Shown: one piece after another, positions 18,090 to 28,903 of the stretch | Numbering within the stretch: the first letter of the stretch is position 1 | Layout of the letters: the number at the start of each line of letters is the position of its first letter | Assembly: GCA_027051165.1 (NCBI GenBank) | Contig: JALTZZ010000029.1 | Coordinates: 9,001-73,000 of the forward strand | DNA length: 64,000 bases | Direction of reading: 5' to 3' | From: an archaeon | GTDB lineage: Archaea; Hydrothermarchaeota; Hydrothermarchaeia; JALTZZ01 | Made by a program: the position numbers and the translations under genes | Notes under the pieces: model-generated | The model's input: the letters and a program-made list of their open reading frames with translations, nothing else | What the model was told of the DNA's origin: nothing | The model's database searches: none

Positions 18090-20577
18090 CGAGCTTCATA
18101 AGGGCTTTTATTGGAGTTAAATTTATGACATCTATTTCTGAAATTTCGCTCAAAAATTCAACTATAGCTCTATCTTCTGTTTTGAAGTCAATGTTGCTTG
18201 AAATTTCATAAGCTCTATTTACAACCTCCCTTGGCAAGCCAGCAAGTTCTGCAATTTTTATTCCATAGCTTTCTTTTAAGCTTCCCCTTTTTATTTTTCT
18301 ATCAAATATTATTTTATTGTCCTCCTCTTTAAGTTCAAAATGATAATTTTTAACACCGCTCAGCTTCTTTTCAAGCTCAGCAAGCTCGTGGTAATGTGTT
18401 GCGAACAACGTTTTTGCCCCAATATAGTCATGTATATATTCAACAACAGCCTGTGCTAAGCTAAGTCCATCTTTTGTGCTCGTCCCTTTTCCAACTTCAT
18501 CTAACAGTATTAAACTTCTTCTTGTGGCATTTTTCAAAATTTTTCCAACTTCAATCATTTCCACCATAAAAGTGCTGTATCCACGTGTTATATCATCAAC
18601 AGCTCCTATTCTTGTAAATATCCTGTCAACAACACCTATAACGGCATAACTTGCAGGAACAAAGCTCCCTATCTGTGCAAGCACGGTAATAAGGGCTACC
18701 TGTCTTAGATATGTTGATTTTCCAGACATGTTCGGACCAGTTACTATAAGTATTCTGCTATCTTCATCGAGAACAGCATCGTTTGCGACGAATTTTGTAG
18801 TCCTTTCTACGGTTGGATGCCTTCCGTCTCTTATTATAATTGCATAACCATTGTTTACCTTTGGTCTCGTATATCTGTATAGAGAGGCTACCTCTGCTAA
18901 GCTTGCAAGAACGTCCATCTCCGCTATAATTTTTGCACAGTTTTTAATTCTTTTACTGTGTTTAGCCACGTCATTTCTTACCTTTTCAAAAATTTCGTAT
19001 TCAAGTTTTTTTATTCTTTCTTCACATGCCAATATCTTCTCTTCCCTCTCTTTAAGCTCAGGGATTGTAAATCTCTCTGCATTAACTAAGGTCTGCTTTC
19101 TTATGTAGTATTTTGGAACGTTTTTTGCCTTTGCCTTTGAAACCTCAATATAATATCCAAAAACTGTATTGTAGCCTACCCTAAGATTTTCTATACCAGT
19201 TCTTTTTCTTTCCCTTTCTTCAAGCTTCTTAATAAATTCCTCATGCTCTTTTTTAATTTTTCTAAGATTATCGAGCTCTTTATTAAATCCACTCTTTATT
19301 ATTCCGCCTTCTTTTAAGGTTATTGGTGGATCATCAACTATTGCTTTGTCTATAAGTTCATATACCTCCTTTAGCGTGTCCAAGCTTCCAACAAGTTCCG
19401 AGAGCTTCCTTGATCTAAAGGAGAAGTTTTTAAGCTTAGAGGCGGCAAGCAGAGAATTCTTCAAAGCTACCAAATCTCTTGCATTTGCACTTTTAAAGTC
19501 TATTCTGCTTGATATTCTCTCTATATCGTAAACTTCCTTTAAAATTTCTCTAATTTCATATCTTAAATACGATTTTTCTTTAAGTTCCTCTACGGCATCG
19601 AGTCTTCTCTCTATTTCATCAACATTTATTAGTGGGCGCTGAAGCCACTTCTTTAGAAGCCTACTTCCCATTGCAGTGATCGTTTTATCAAGAATTTCTA
19701 TTAATGTTCCTTTCTGCGATCCGTCTATAAGATTTCTAAATATTTCAAGGTTTTTTAGGGTAGTTGTATCAAGAATCATGTAATCGTGTGCGGAGTATTT
19801 CTGTATTCTAAAATCAATATCCCTTAGATGCGTTTCTCTAACATAACTAACTGCTGCTCCACAAGCTCTTATGCATGCATCTTCGAGCTCCAAGCTTTCG
19901 AAGTCTCTTATGCAAGATTTCAGCAGATTTTTAGCCTCTTCTAAGGAAAACTTTTCATTTTCTATTTTATGGATAACTTTAATATTCTTTTTAAGCTCTT
20001 CAAACATCTCTTCATCAATATTTTTTGGAACTATGCATTCCACTGGGTTAAGCTTTATTATTTCAGCAAAAACCTCGTCCTTATTTTTGGCTACAGTTGC
20101 TAAAAATTCTCCAGTTGAAACATCCAAGAATGCCATGCCATATTTATTTTTATGCTCAACTAAGCTGAGAAGGAAGTTGTTTTCCCTTGTTAAAAGCTCC
20201 TCCTCAACGAGCGTTCCGGGGGTTATTACCCTCACAACCTCCCTTTTTACAAGCCCCCTTGCCTTTGATGGGTCTTCAACCTGCTCGCAGATAGCAACCT
20301 TGTATCCCTTTTCTATGAGCTTCTTTATATACGGATAGACTGCATGGTGGGGAACACCTGCCATAGGTGTTTTCTTATCCCTTGAGGTTAAAACTATACC
20401 AAGCTCCCTTGAAGCTATTTTTGCATCTTCATCAAAGAGCTCATAGAAGTCTCCAAGCCTAAAGAAAAGTAGAGCATCTTTATACTTCTCTTTTATCCTA
20501 TAATACTGCTCCATCATTGGAGTGAGCTTACCTGAATTTCCATGCCTCTTCTTTGAGCTTTTTAAATTTTGCATCAT
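18040..20577 (-). CDS. mutS: DNA mismatch repair protein MutS (MutS1)
   Basis: 845 aa; N-terminal TPMMEQY..IK..Y.DALLFFRLGDFYELF mismatch-binding motif; Walker A GPNMSGKST; DELGRGTS-like DEVGKGTS; HYHEL. Confidence 0.95.
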   Translation of the reverse strand: MMQNLKSSKKRHGNSGKLTPMMEQYYRIKEKYKDALLFFRLGDFYELFDEDAKIASRELGIVLTSRDKKTPMAGVPHHAVYPYIKKLIEKGYKVAICEQVEDPSKARGLVKREVVRVITPGTLVEEELLTRENNFLLSLVEHKNKYGMAFLDVSTGEFLATVAKNKDEVFAEIIKLNPVECIVPKNIDEEMFEELKKNIKVIHKIENEKFSLEEAKNLLKSCIRDFESLELEDACIRACGAAVSYVRETHLRDIDFRIQKYSAHDYMILDTTTLKNLEIFRNLIDGSQKGTLIEILDKTITAMGSRLLKKWLQRPLINVDEIERRLDAVEELKEKSYLRYEIREILKEVYDIERISSRIDFKSANARDLVALKNSLLAASKLKNFSFRSRKLSELVGSLDTLKEVYELIDKAIVDDPPITLKEGGIIKSGFNKELDNLRKIKKEHEEFIKKLEERERKRTGIENLRVGYNTVFGYYIEVSKAKAKNVPKYYIRKQTLVNAERFTIPELKEREEKILACEERIKKLEYEIFEKVRNDVAKHSKRIKNCAKIIAEMDVLASLAEVASLYRYTRPKVNNGYAIIIRDGRHPTVERTTKFVANDAVLDEDSRILIVTGPNMSGKSTYLRQVALITVLAQIGSFVPASYAVIGVVDRIFTRIGAVDDITRGYSTFMVEMIEVGKILKNATRRSLILLDEVGKGTSTKDGLSLAQAVVEYIHDYIGAKTLFATHYHELAELEKKLSGVKNYHFELKEEDNKIIFDRKIKRGSLKESYGIKIAELAGLPREVVNRAYEISSNIDFKTEDRAIVEFLSEISEIDVINLTPIKALMKLDEIVKRSRDILYDRKA

Positions 20578-20675
20578 TTAAATTAGAATTATTTTTCGTT
20601 CTAAAAAAATATTGTAGAATCCTACTAAACTATGCACAGTAAGAGCTTGATTATTGTAAAATATTCAGCAAAGCT

Positions 20676-22403
20676 TCATTGCTCCAGCACTTCCTCGTAA
20701 AATTTAAGTTTTAAAATATCGCTTCTTACAAGAACACCGACAAATTTTTCTTTATCAAAAACAAAGAGAACATCTTCTCCAAGCTTATCCATCTTCTCAA
20801 TTGCATTTAAAAGCGGCTCATCAATGCTAACCTTTGGTATATCTGTTCTAAGAATTCTGCTTACCTCGGCATTTAAATCGTTTACTCTTGTTATATCAGA
20901 AAGTTTAACGTATCCAATGAGCTTTCCGTAGTTAAAAACTGGTAAAGAAGTTAAACCCTGCTTCATTCCAAGCACCGCTTTTCTCAGGGAATCCTTCGGA
21001 TTAAGGACTATAAATTCCCTTCTCATTGCGTGCAAAACCTTTGGGACTTTAAGAAGCTCCAAGAAGTATTCCTTAACATGAGCCGGTGAGTTTAGCCTCG
21101 TTGAAACCTGCTCCCTGTATATCGTTTCCTCCCCGGTTAAAAGGTAGCTCGCAACAATGCTTACCATAGCTGGAAAGAGCAGTTCGTAGCTTTTCGTCAT
21201 CTCCGCAATCATAACAAGCACCGCTATTGGAGCTTTTGAAACGCCTCCAAAAAGGCTCATCATTCCTACTATAACAAAAGCTGATATATCGCTACTCGTA
21301 ACTATATCTGGAAAGAGAATATTGAATAATTTTCCTAAAAATCCTCCGAGCATTGCTCCTATAAATAGCCCCGGGGCAAAGACACCCCCGCTTCCACCGC
21401 TCCCTATAGTTAGCGATGTAAAGAGTATCTTAAGAAAAACGAGAGCAAGAAGTGCTTCAATTGCGAGCCTATTATCTATTGCGAGTTGTATAAACCCGTA
21501 TCCCATGGACAGTGCTCCGAGACTTATCTCCTTTGGTGCAGTGTAAAAAAGAACAACGACGATTACACCTACAAGCAGAGAGCCTATAGCCGGTTTTATA
21601 AACTTTGGCAGCCTAAGCCTTCTGAAGAATTCGAACGTTGTGTAGAAAGCTCTCACATATAAAACGCCTACACATGCACTTGCCACGCCAAGTATTAGAA
21701 AAAGAGGAAGATGAAGCAGATTTAAACTGTATTTTTCTTCAACTCTAAAAACTGGAGAAAATCCCATTATATATCCAAAGAGGGTATATCCGACTACACT
21801 TGCAATTATAGCTGGGATCAATGCTTCTTTTTCAAAGTCCTTCTTATATAAAATTTCGGCACTGAGCAGAGCACCGCCCAAGGGAGCTTTGAATATGCTT
21901 CCCACACCAGCCCCTATACCTACTGCAAGAGCTATCCTTCGCTCTTCAACGCTCAGCCTAAAGAGATCTGCAATAGCACTTCCAACACCAGAGCCTATAT
22001 GAGCAATAGGTCCCTCTCTTCCAGCACTTCCTCCACTGCTTATAGTAAGCGTTGAGGCGATCATTTTAACTATCGGAATCCTTCTCCTCACATACCCATT
22101 TTCTCTATGAAAAGCTCTTATCGCTGCATCGGTTCCGTGCCCTTCAGCCTCTGGAGCAAACTTATATACGATAAGCCCAGCAAAAATTCCGCCAAGAACT
22201 AAGACAAAAAGTATGCGGAACGGATTTTCTGGAGATATCCAATTAATATTTCCTTCAAATCCGGGACTCGGTGGGTAATATCCAGCAAATTCTCCTAAAA
22301 AGAAAAATGTTCCATACTTTAGCATGTTATAGAAAGCTAAGGCTGCTATACCGCATGCTATGCCTATAAATACGCTTACAACGCTTAACCTAAGAATGTT
22401 CAT
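20676..22403 (-). CDS. ClC-family chloride channel with C-terminal CBS domain pair
   Basis: GSGIP-like GSGVGSA, GREGP, GVFAPGLFIGAMLG selectivity motifs; two C-terminal CBS-like repeats. Confidence 0.85.
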   Translation of the reverse strand: MNILRLSVVSVFIGIACGIAALAFYNMLKYGTFFFLGEFAGYYPPSPGFEGNINWISPENPFRILFVLVLGGIFAGLIVYKFAPEAEGHGTDAAIRAFHRENGYVRRRIPIVKMIASTLTISSGGSAGREGPIAHIGSGVGSAIADLFRLSVEERRIALAVGIGAGVGSIFKAPLGGALLSAEILYKKDFEKEALIPAIIASVVGYTLFGYIMGFSPVFRVEEKYSLNLLHLPLFLILGVASACVGVLYVRAFYTTFEFFRRLRLPKFIKPAIGSLLVGVIVVVLFYTAPKEISLGALSMGYGFIQLAIDNRLAIEALLALVFLKILFTSLTIGSGGSGGVFAPGLFIGAMLGGFLGKLFNILFPDIVTSSDISAFVIVGMMSLFGGVSKAPIAVLVMIAEMTKSYELLFPAMVSIVASYLLTGEETIYREQVSTRLNSPAHVKEYFLELLKVPKVLHAMRREFIVLNPKDSLRKAVLGMKQGLTSLPVFNYGKLIGYVKLSDITRVNDLNAEVSRILRTDIPKVSIDEPLLNAIEKMDKLGEDVLFVFDKEKFVGVLVRSDILKLKFYEEVLEQ

Positions 22404-22822
22404 ACTTCCACCATCACGTATGCTATCAGCTTCTTCTTTGGATTCTGCATCGCCCTTCTTATCCTCTCATCTATATCTATACTTGCCTTATCCGCTTTTA
22501 TCATTAGTGTTCTGCCACATGTATATGTGCTCTTCCTAATAACGATGTCGCTCTCGTGCTCAAACGTCAAGCTCTTGCTTCCCCTACCTATTATCACGTC
22601 TCTTACTCCATCAACTTCAAGAACAACCTTAATTTTAGCATCGTCCCTTCTTGCAAGCCTCTTAAACTCCTCGCTGAAGTCTGCTAAACCTTTGTTCGCT
22701 CTAACACCTATTATGCAGTCAGCCCTCTTGCTTATCTCCGCATCCTTTGTGATCTCCAGTGTCGTTTTATGTTTAGCAGTAATATTTTTATGTCCGTAAG
22801 CAATAACCTTTTCTATCAACAC
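22400..22822 (-). CDS. Conserved hypothetical protein
   Basis: 140-aa ORF overlapping the ClC start by 4 nt (operon). Confidence 0.35.
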   Translation of the reverse strand: MLIEKVIAYGHKNITAKHKTTLEITKDAEISKRADCIIGVRANKGLADFSEEFKRLARRDDAKIKVVLEVDGVRDVIIGRGSKSLTFEHESDIVIRKSTYTCGRTLMIKADKASIDIDERIRRAMQNPKKKLIAYVMVEV

Positions 22823-22843
22823 AAAAAGAGGTTACATGATAAC

Positions 22844-23968
22844 ATGAATGAAAAGACTTATAGAAAGTTGGCAAGAAAGTTAAATAGCATATCTGATATT
22901 GAAAAATTTGAAAAAAGATATAAAAGAGGAGTATTACTCGGCATTTTAACGCAAAAAATTATAGAAAGAACTAAAAGAACAAAGATTAATAAAAAAGAAA
23001 TTGCAGAGCTTTGGAAAGAAAAGTCTATTTTAGAGATCTCTGAGGAAAAGAAAATACCACCTTTTATTGTTGCAAAAATAATCTTAGGAACGATGTGCAG
23101 GAAAGATGCTAAGAAGCTTGAGGAGAACCCTTCTTTAATAGAGGATGAAAGGCTCAGAGAAGAGGTTGAAGAAGCATATTTAAAAGATTTTGTATACTCT
23201 CCCCTTGCAGTAGAGTTCCAAAAAATAAAAGGAATTATTGGAGAAGAGCTCATAGAGGAATATTTAATAAAAAAAGGTGTGGAATTTTTTAAAGAATGCG
23301 ATTTGAAGAGCAACAAGACCCCAGATTTCTTAACAGAGGAGCAGTGGTTCGAGAGCAAGGTCTTCTTTGCAAATAGAAGCATACACAGGAACTTCTTCAA
23401 AAAGCAGTATAAACATTACTTAGATCTATTTGGCTCTGGAACTGTTGTTTACTGGCTTGGATATGTTAAAGGAGTGGAGAATTTATTTAAAAATGGAAAA
23501 AAGAAGCTTATAGTAAGAGATTATAAATACTTTAAGAGGCTTAAAAATTTCAACAAAAAGAAGCTGAACAGATTATTGGAACCTAAAATATATACAATAG
23601 GATACAGCGGAAGGAGTATAAGGAGTTTTATAAGGAAGCTTGAAGAAAATGATATCGATGCTGTTGTTGACGTCAGAAGATTTCCTACCTCGAAGATAGA
23701 TGACTTTAAGAAGGAAAATCTTAAAAAGCTGCTGGAGGAAAACGGAATAAAATACTTCCATTTAGAAAAGCTTGGGGGATATAGGAGTGGAGGATATGAA
23801 AAATACATGCTTACAAGGGACTTTAAATCTGGCATTAAGGAGCTTCTATGGATATTCAAAGACCACACCTTAGCTTTAATGTGTATGGAGAGAGATTACA
23901 GAAGATGCCACAGAAGGTTTATCTCGAAGTATATAGAAGCCCTCGGCATAAAAGTTCTCCACGTTTAA
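22844..23968 (+). CDS. Protein with C-terminal DUF488 domain and uncharacterised N-terminal extension
   Basis: C-terminal IYTIGYSGRS...VVDVRRFPTSK...GIKYFHLEKLGGYR...CMERDYRRCHRRF matches the DUF488 pattern. The ORF opens at 22769; ATG 22844 is the likely start. Confidence 0.5.
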   Translation: MNEKTYRKLARKLNSISDIEKFEKRYKRGVLLGILTQKIIERTKRTKINKKEIAELWKEKSILEISEEKKIPPFIVAKIILGTMCRKDAKKLEENPSLIEDERLREEVEEAYLKDFVYSPLAVEFQKIKGIIGEELIEEYLIKKGVEFFKECDLKSNKTPDFLTEEQWFESKVFFANRSIHRNFFKKQYKHYLDLFGSGTVVYWLGYVKGVENLFKNGKKKLIVRDYKYFKRLKNFNKKKLNRLLEPKIYTIGYSGRSIRSFIRKLEENDIDAVVDVRRFPTSKIDDFKKENLKKLLEENGIKYFHLEKLGGYRSGGYEKYMLTRDFKSGIKELLWIFKDHTLALMCMERDYRRCHRRFISKYIEALGIKVLHV

Positions 23969-24011
23969 CCATACTTCAGCTATGCTTATGTTAAAATTTG
24001 TTGATCATAGT

Positions 24012-24203
24012 ATGATCGGAACCGGCGAGATGATCGTAATACTTGTGCTTATACTCATACTCTTCGGTCCAGATAAGATACCAGAGCTCGCACGTGCACT
24101 CGGAAAAGCCTATGTGGAGTATAGAAAAGCGGTTATAGAGGCTGAGATGGGAATAAAAAGGGAGCTCGAAAATAGGGTTGAAGAGGAAGAAAAAAAGAAT
24201 TAA
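24012..24203 (+). CDS. tatA: Twin-arginine translocase subunit TatA/E
   Basis: MIGTGEMIVILVLILILFGPDKIPELARALGKA is the canonical TatA TM plus amphipathic helix (G..E....V..FGP.K.PEL.R.LGKA). Confidence 0.7.
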   Translation: MIGTGEMIVILVLILILFGPDKIPELARALGKAYVEYRKAVIEAEMGIKRELENRVEEEEKKN

Positions 24204-25684
24204 TCTTTTTTAACCACAACGGCTTCGTTTAGGGATTTCCATACTATTTTAAATCCCAACCTTTCTAAAATTGAAACTGAATCTATTCCTTCTTTTTTAA
24301 GATATTCCTTCACTTCATCAAGGCTGCATTCTTTTTTTATTATTTTATCAAGCTTCTTCTTTAAATCCTGCAGGAAATCTTCTTTTACTGCACTGCTACC
24401 TATTAAAACATATTTGCTGCTTTTCTTAATCTCTTCTTTAATAACATCCTCGCAAACACCAAGTTTCTCTGAAATATCCCTTAAATTGAGAACTTCTTCT
24501 CTTTCACTGTAAAAGTTAATCTTAGAAATTCTGCTTAAGCTTTTCCTCCTCTCATACTCCCTTAGTATCCTCACAACCTCCCTTACTGGTATCCTTTTCT
24601 TAAAAAAGATTATATCTCCTTTAACATCTTCTGTTGAGCATGAAAGCTCTTTATTTACTGCTATAATAAAGTTCTCATCCTTTAATCTTTGAAGTTTATA
24701 TATTTTCTTCCTTAAATATTCAGGAGTCCAAAATCCAACTATTTCCATATAAAACTCCATATTACCTTTTATAAATTTAAAATCCGGTATAAAAACGTGC
24801 GTTTTATCAATAACTATGGGCTCGGGTTCTCTAATAATCTCCCAGCCCGTTTCCATAGATTTAAATCTTATATAAAAATCTTTCTCAACTGTGCTGTCGA
24901 ATTTCGTTTCTTCTTCTTTTACATTAAGAATGTTCTTCTTTTTGCTGTCAAGGAAAAATATATATGTTTTATTTTTATTTCTAAAGAATATATAAGCCTT
25001 TATCCACCATCTGTTAGCCCTTGCAATCTCAGGAAAAACTTTTGCTATGCTTGTTCCATATTTCTCGGTAAGCTTTAATATGCTTGCTGGACCTTCGATT
25101 TCTACAATAAAATTTCCGTTTTTTCTTGCAACATACATTAATCCAAGTTTTTTTATTGCTCTGAAAATTCTCTGAAAGTTTCCGGAAAAATGAGCTTCTA
25201 TTTTTGTAGCTTTGAAGAGTAGAGTCTGGACAATAGAGAGATTGTATGCTTTTACAAGCTCCTCTGCATCTATTTCTCTAAAATCTTTAATTATTTTTTC
25301 TTCTTCTAAATCGGCTAAAAAACTTTCTTCAACATCTTTCTGTGGGATTTTAAATTCTTCTGCAACTTCTTTTATAATTTTTTCTCTCTCCTTTTCATTT
25401 ATAACAAAACCCTTTTCAAACAGCCTTCTTCTCAAAATTCTCGGTTCAATTTTTGCGTTTGTTTCAAGCGTGCATCTCCTAAGAAGGAGGGTTGAAAGCC
25501 CCCTTACAAGCTTGTAGTCTATTTCTTCGTATTCTTCTATCTCCCTTTTCAGCTCTTTTAATTTTTTCCCCACGTTCCTTTTAAAAATTCTTATCAGCTC
25601 TTCCGCAAGCTCCTTATCTCTAAGAAAAACAGGATAAACTCTATCTTTTACAAGTTTAACTCTGAGCAGTTCGCTTGGTAGCAT
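24200..25684 (-). CDS. DUF790-family protein (Bax1-like nuclease)
   Basis: N-terminal MLPSELLRVK...VYPVFL and ~490 aa resemble the Bax1/DUF790 family. No XPB helicase gene is adjacent. Confidence 0.45.
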   Translation of the reverse strand: MLPSELLRVKLVKDRVYPVFLRDKELAEELIRIFKRNVGKKLKELKREIEEYEEIDYKLVRGLSTLLLRRCTLETNAKIEPRILRRRLFEKGFVINEKEREKIIKEVAEEFKIPQKDVEESFLADLEEEKIIKDFREIDAEELVKAYNLSIVQTLLFKATKIEAHFSGNFQRIFRAIKKLGLMYVARKNGNFIVEIEGPASILKLTEKYGTSIAKVFPEIARANRWWIKAYIFFRNKNKTYIFFLDSKKKNILNVKEEETKFDSTVEKDFYIRFKSMETGWEIIREPEPIVIDKTHVFIPDFKFIKGNMEFYMEIVGFWTPEYLRKKIYKLQRLKDENFIIAVNKELSCSTEDVKGDIIFFKKRIPVREVVRILREYERRKSLSRISKINFYSEREEVLNLRDISEKLGVCEDVIKEEIKKSSKYVLIGSSAVKEDFLQDLKKKLDKIIKKECSLDEVKEYLKKEGIDSVSILERLGFKIVWKSLNEAVVVKKD

Positions 25685-25748
25685 TTTAAAATATTTGAAA
25701 ATTTAACACGGTAAAGCTTTTATCCTCGAAGGGCGATAACTACTAAGC

Positions 25749-27734
25749 ATGGAGCTGAAGGAGTTCCACGAGGTAGTGAGCATAGAGGAAGCAAAGAAAA
25801 GACTTTATGCGAACTACAGGCCAAAGAGGAAGGTTGAGGAGGTTTCTATTGAAGATGCTCTCGGAAGGGTTCTTGCAGAGAACGTTATAGCAAATGTTGA
25901 CGTCCCGCCCTTTGATAGAGCTGCTATGGATGGCTATGCTGTTGTTGCAAAGGATACCTTTTATGCGGATGAAGAAAATCCAGTGGAGCTTGAGGTTCTC
26001 GGATATATAAGGGCTGGAGATACAAAGATGTATGAAATAAGCTCAGGAAAGTGCTATGGAATAGCAACTGGAGCTCCTATGCCTAAAGGAGCTAACGCCG
26101 TTGTAATGGTCGAGTATACAACAAGGGAGAACAACAGGGTAAAGATCTACAGACCAGTTGCACCCGGTGAAAACGTAACATCTGCTGGAAACGATATAAT
26201 GCGTGGTGAGCTTGTTTTAAGAGAAGGAACTCTTTTATCTCCAAGAGAAACAGGCGTTTTAGCAGCTTTAGGTATAAAAAAGGTTAAAGTTTATGCAAAA
26301 CCTAAGGTAGCTATAATATCTACGGGTGATGAAATAATACCCGTTGGAGAGGAGCTTAAATTTGGTAAAATTTACGATATTAATTCAAGAACAATTGCAG
26401 ATAGTGTTAGGGAGAACGGTGGCATACCATATTTCTTAGGCATTGTTAAAGATGAACCTGAAGAACTTAAAGAAAAGCTTCTTGAAGCCCTTAATAAGGA
26501 TTTCGATGTTATAATAACATCTGGCGGAACGAGTGCTGGAGTTGGAGACCTAAGCTATAGGGTGATAGACGAGCTTGGAAGCCCCGGCATACTCGTTCAT
26601 GGCATTGCAATAAGACCGGGTAAGCCTACTATTATAGCTGTTGTTGATAATAAGCCAATATTTGGCTTGCCCGGATATCCAACATCCGCTATGATAATAT
26701 TCGACGTGTTCGTCGCACCTCTACTTAGAGAACTCGCTGGTATGCCAATGCCGACGAGAAAGAAGGTTAAGGCTAAGACCGCTATGAAGTTCTTCTCCGC
26801 AAAGGGTCGCTATGAGTATGCACTCGTAAACCTCGTAAGCGGAGAAACAGGGGAGCTGAGCGCTTATCCTATATTAACGGGCTCAGGTGCAATAACAACG
26901 CTTGCATTTGCAGACGGCTACGTAGAGATTCCAGAAAATGTTGAGCTTTTGCAGGCAAATGAAGAAGTAGAAGTAACTCTTTTAAGCGATACGATAAGGC
27001 TTGCAGACCTAACAATTATAGGGAGCCATTGCATAGGTGTTGATTTACTGCTTACAACAATGAACAAATACTATCCAGTTCAAGCTAAGGTTATAAACGT
27101 TGGATCAAGCGGAGGCTTGGCTGCAGTTAGACGTGGTGAGAGTGATATCTCAGGAACACACCTCATAGACGAGGAAACTGGCGAATACAACATACCGTTT
27201 TTAAAGAGGCTTGGAATAGATAAAAAAGCCTATCTTGTAAGGGGTTACGACAGAGAACAAGGTTTAGTTGTTAAAAAAGGCAATCCAAAGAAAATAAAAG
27301 GCATAGAGGATTTGCTCAGAGAGGATGTCCATATAATTAACAGAAACGCCGGTTCTGGAACAAGGATACTGCTCGACTTAGAGCTCAAAAAAATTGCTGA
27401 AAGAGAAGGTGTTTCCCTTGAAGAGCTTACAAAAAACATAAAAGGCTATGAGATAGAGGCTAAGAGTCACAGTGCAGTTGCTGCTGCTGTAGCCCTCGGC
27501 AGAGCAGATGTTGGTGTCGCAATAAAGACTGTTGCAGTGCAGTATGATTTGGACTTCATACCACTCAGAGAAGAAAAATACGATTTTGCAATTCCAAAAA
27601 CGAAATTTAATAAGGAAGCTGTTCAGAAATTTATCGAAACTTTGAGAAGCGACGAATTTAAGGAAATTTTAAAGAAAACTCCAGGATTAAAACCTAATAA
27701 GGAGACTGGCGAAATAATACATAGCCCATGCTAA
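25749..27734 (+). CDS. moeA: Molybdopterin molybdenumtransferase MoeA with C-terminal periplasmic-binding-like domain
   Basis: MoeA N/linker/MPT-binding pattern (GGTSAGVGDL, GLPGYP); an extra ~250-aa C-terminal PBP-like domain; 661 aa. Confidence 0.8.
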   Translation: MELKEFHEVVSIEEAKKRLYANYRPKRKVEEVSIEDALGRVLAENVIANVDVPPFDRAAMDGYAVVAKDTFYADEENPVELEVLGYIRAGDTKMYEISSGKCYGIATGAPMPKGANAVVMVEYTTRENNRVKIYRPVAPGENVTSAGNDIMRGELVLREGTLLSPRETGVLAALGIKKVKVYAKPKVAIISTGDEIIPVGEELKFGKIYDINSRTIADSVRENGGIPYFLGIVKDEPEELKEKLLEALNKDFDVIITSGGTSAGVGDLSYRVIDELGSPGILVHGIAIRPGKPTIIAVVDNKPIFGLPGYPTSAMIIFDVFVAPLLRELAGMPMPTRKKVKAKTAMKFFSAKGRYEYALVNLVSGETGELSAYPILTGSGAITTLAFADGYVEIPENVELLQANEEVEVTLLSDTIRLADLTIIGSHCIGVDLLLTTMNKYYPVQAKVINVGSSGGLAAVRRGESDISGTHLIDEETGEYNIPFLKRLGIDKKAYLVRGYDREQGLVVKKGNPKKIKGIEDLLREDVHIINRNAGSGTRILLDLELKKIAEREGVSLEELTKNIKGYEIEAKSHSAVAAAVALGRADVGVAIKTVAVQYDLDFIPLREEKYDFAIPKTKFNKEAVQKFIETLRSDEFKEILKKTPGLKPNKETGEIIHSPC

Positions 27735-27773
27735 TGTTAAATTTCTCTATATTTCTTTAAGGATTTTTCAAGG

Positions 27774-28304
27774 GTGCGTAATATGGACAACGGCTACAAG
27801 CTACTTAACAATGCGGACGTAAAGAAGTTTCTAATAGAGAACATAGGTGAGGAAAGTATAGATGTTATAAAAACGCTTTTAAAGAAGGAAAACGTAACAG
27901 ATGAGGTAATATCAGAGGAAACAGGGATAAAGCTGAATACTGTGAGAAAGATACTATATAAGCTCTATGACTACAGACTTGCGAGCTATGAAAAAAGCAA
28001 GGACAAAGAAATAGGCTGGTATATATATACATGGAAGATAGACATTTCAAGAATAAAAAGCATAATAAAGGAAAACAAAAAAAGAATATTAAGGGAACTT
28101 GAGAAAAGATTGGAATATGAAGAAAATCATGTGTTCTTTTACTGTAAAAAAGATAATATGAAACTAACGTTTGAGGAGGCAAGTGAAAGGAACTTTGTTT
28201 GTCCAAAGTGTGGTAGCATGCTTGAATATAGTGAAAACAACGAAAGTGTTGAAAAGCTCAGAAAGGAGATTGAAAAGCTTAAAAGAGAGATAGAAGAACT
28301 ATGA
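27774..28304 (+). CDS. tfe: Transcription factor E (TFE, TFIIE-alpha homologue)
   Basis: N-terminal winged helix (GIKLNTVRKILYKLYD) plus a zinc ribbon F..C..C...FVCPKCGSML. Confidence 0.7.
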   Translation: MRNMDNGYKLLNNADVKKFLIENIGEESIDVIKTLLKKENVTDEVISEETGIKLNTVRKILYKLYDYRLASYEKSKDKEIGWYIYTWKIDISRIKSIIKENKKRILRELEKRLEYEENHVFFYCKKDNMKLTFEEASERNFVCPKCGSMLEYSENNESVEKLRKEIEKLKREIEEL

Positions 28305-28864
28305 ATAATATGAATAATAATATGAATGAGGATTTTGAATATATTTTAAAAAATGTAGAAAAAATCTATGAGAAACTAAATTGCGATAAAAAAATTTTTG
28401 AGCACTGTAAAGAAGTTGCAAAGTTAGCCTCAGAAATAGCTGAAAAAATTAGCAGAAATGGAATTAAGCTTGACAAAAAAGCCATTATTTTTGGGGCGTT
28501 TCTTCATGATATTGGAAGGTGCAAAACGCATGGAATAGAACATGGTATAGTAGGAGCGGAGATTGCAAAAAAACTTGGGATTGATGAAAAAATAGTTAGA
28601 ATTATAGAGAGGCATATAGGTGCGGGAATAGATAGAAATGAGGCAAAAAAGCTTGGACTTCCAGAAAAAGACTATATACCGGAATGCTTGGAAGAAAAGA
28701 TTGTTGCATATGCTGATAAGCTTTTATATGGAGTTAAGAGAATAACATTTGAAGAAGCCTTGAGTAGATTTAAAAAAATGCTCGGAGAAAATCACAGCTC
28801 CATAAAGAGGCTTGTTGAGCTCCACAGAGAGATCGAAAGTCTAATGAAAAACAATAAACTATAA
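28301..28864 (+). CDS. HD-superfamily hydrolase
   Basis: H..EVAKLA...AFLHDIGR...HG..GA....IERHIG...AYADKL are HD motifs. Confidence 0.7.
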   Translation: MNNMNNNMNEDFEYILKNVEKIYEKLNCDKKIFEHCKEVAKLASEIAEKISRNGIKLDKKAIIFGAFLHDIGRCKTHGIEHGIVGAEIAKKLGIDEKIVRIIERHIGAGIDRNEAKKLGLPEKDYIPECLEEKIVAYADKLLYGVKRITFEEALSRFKKMLGENHSSIKRLVELHREIESLMKNNKL

Positions 28865-28903
28865 GCATGGTAAAAATGGAAAAGGAAAAGTAAAAATTAA
28901 AAA

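Noticed and set aside
18851-20338. Plus-strand ORFs inside mutS
   Set aside because: Antisense to mutS; low-complexity.
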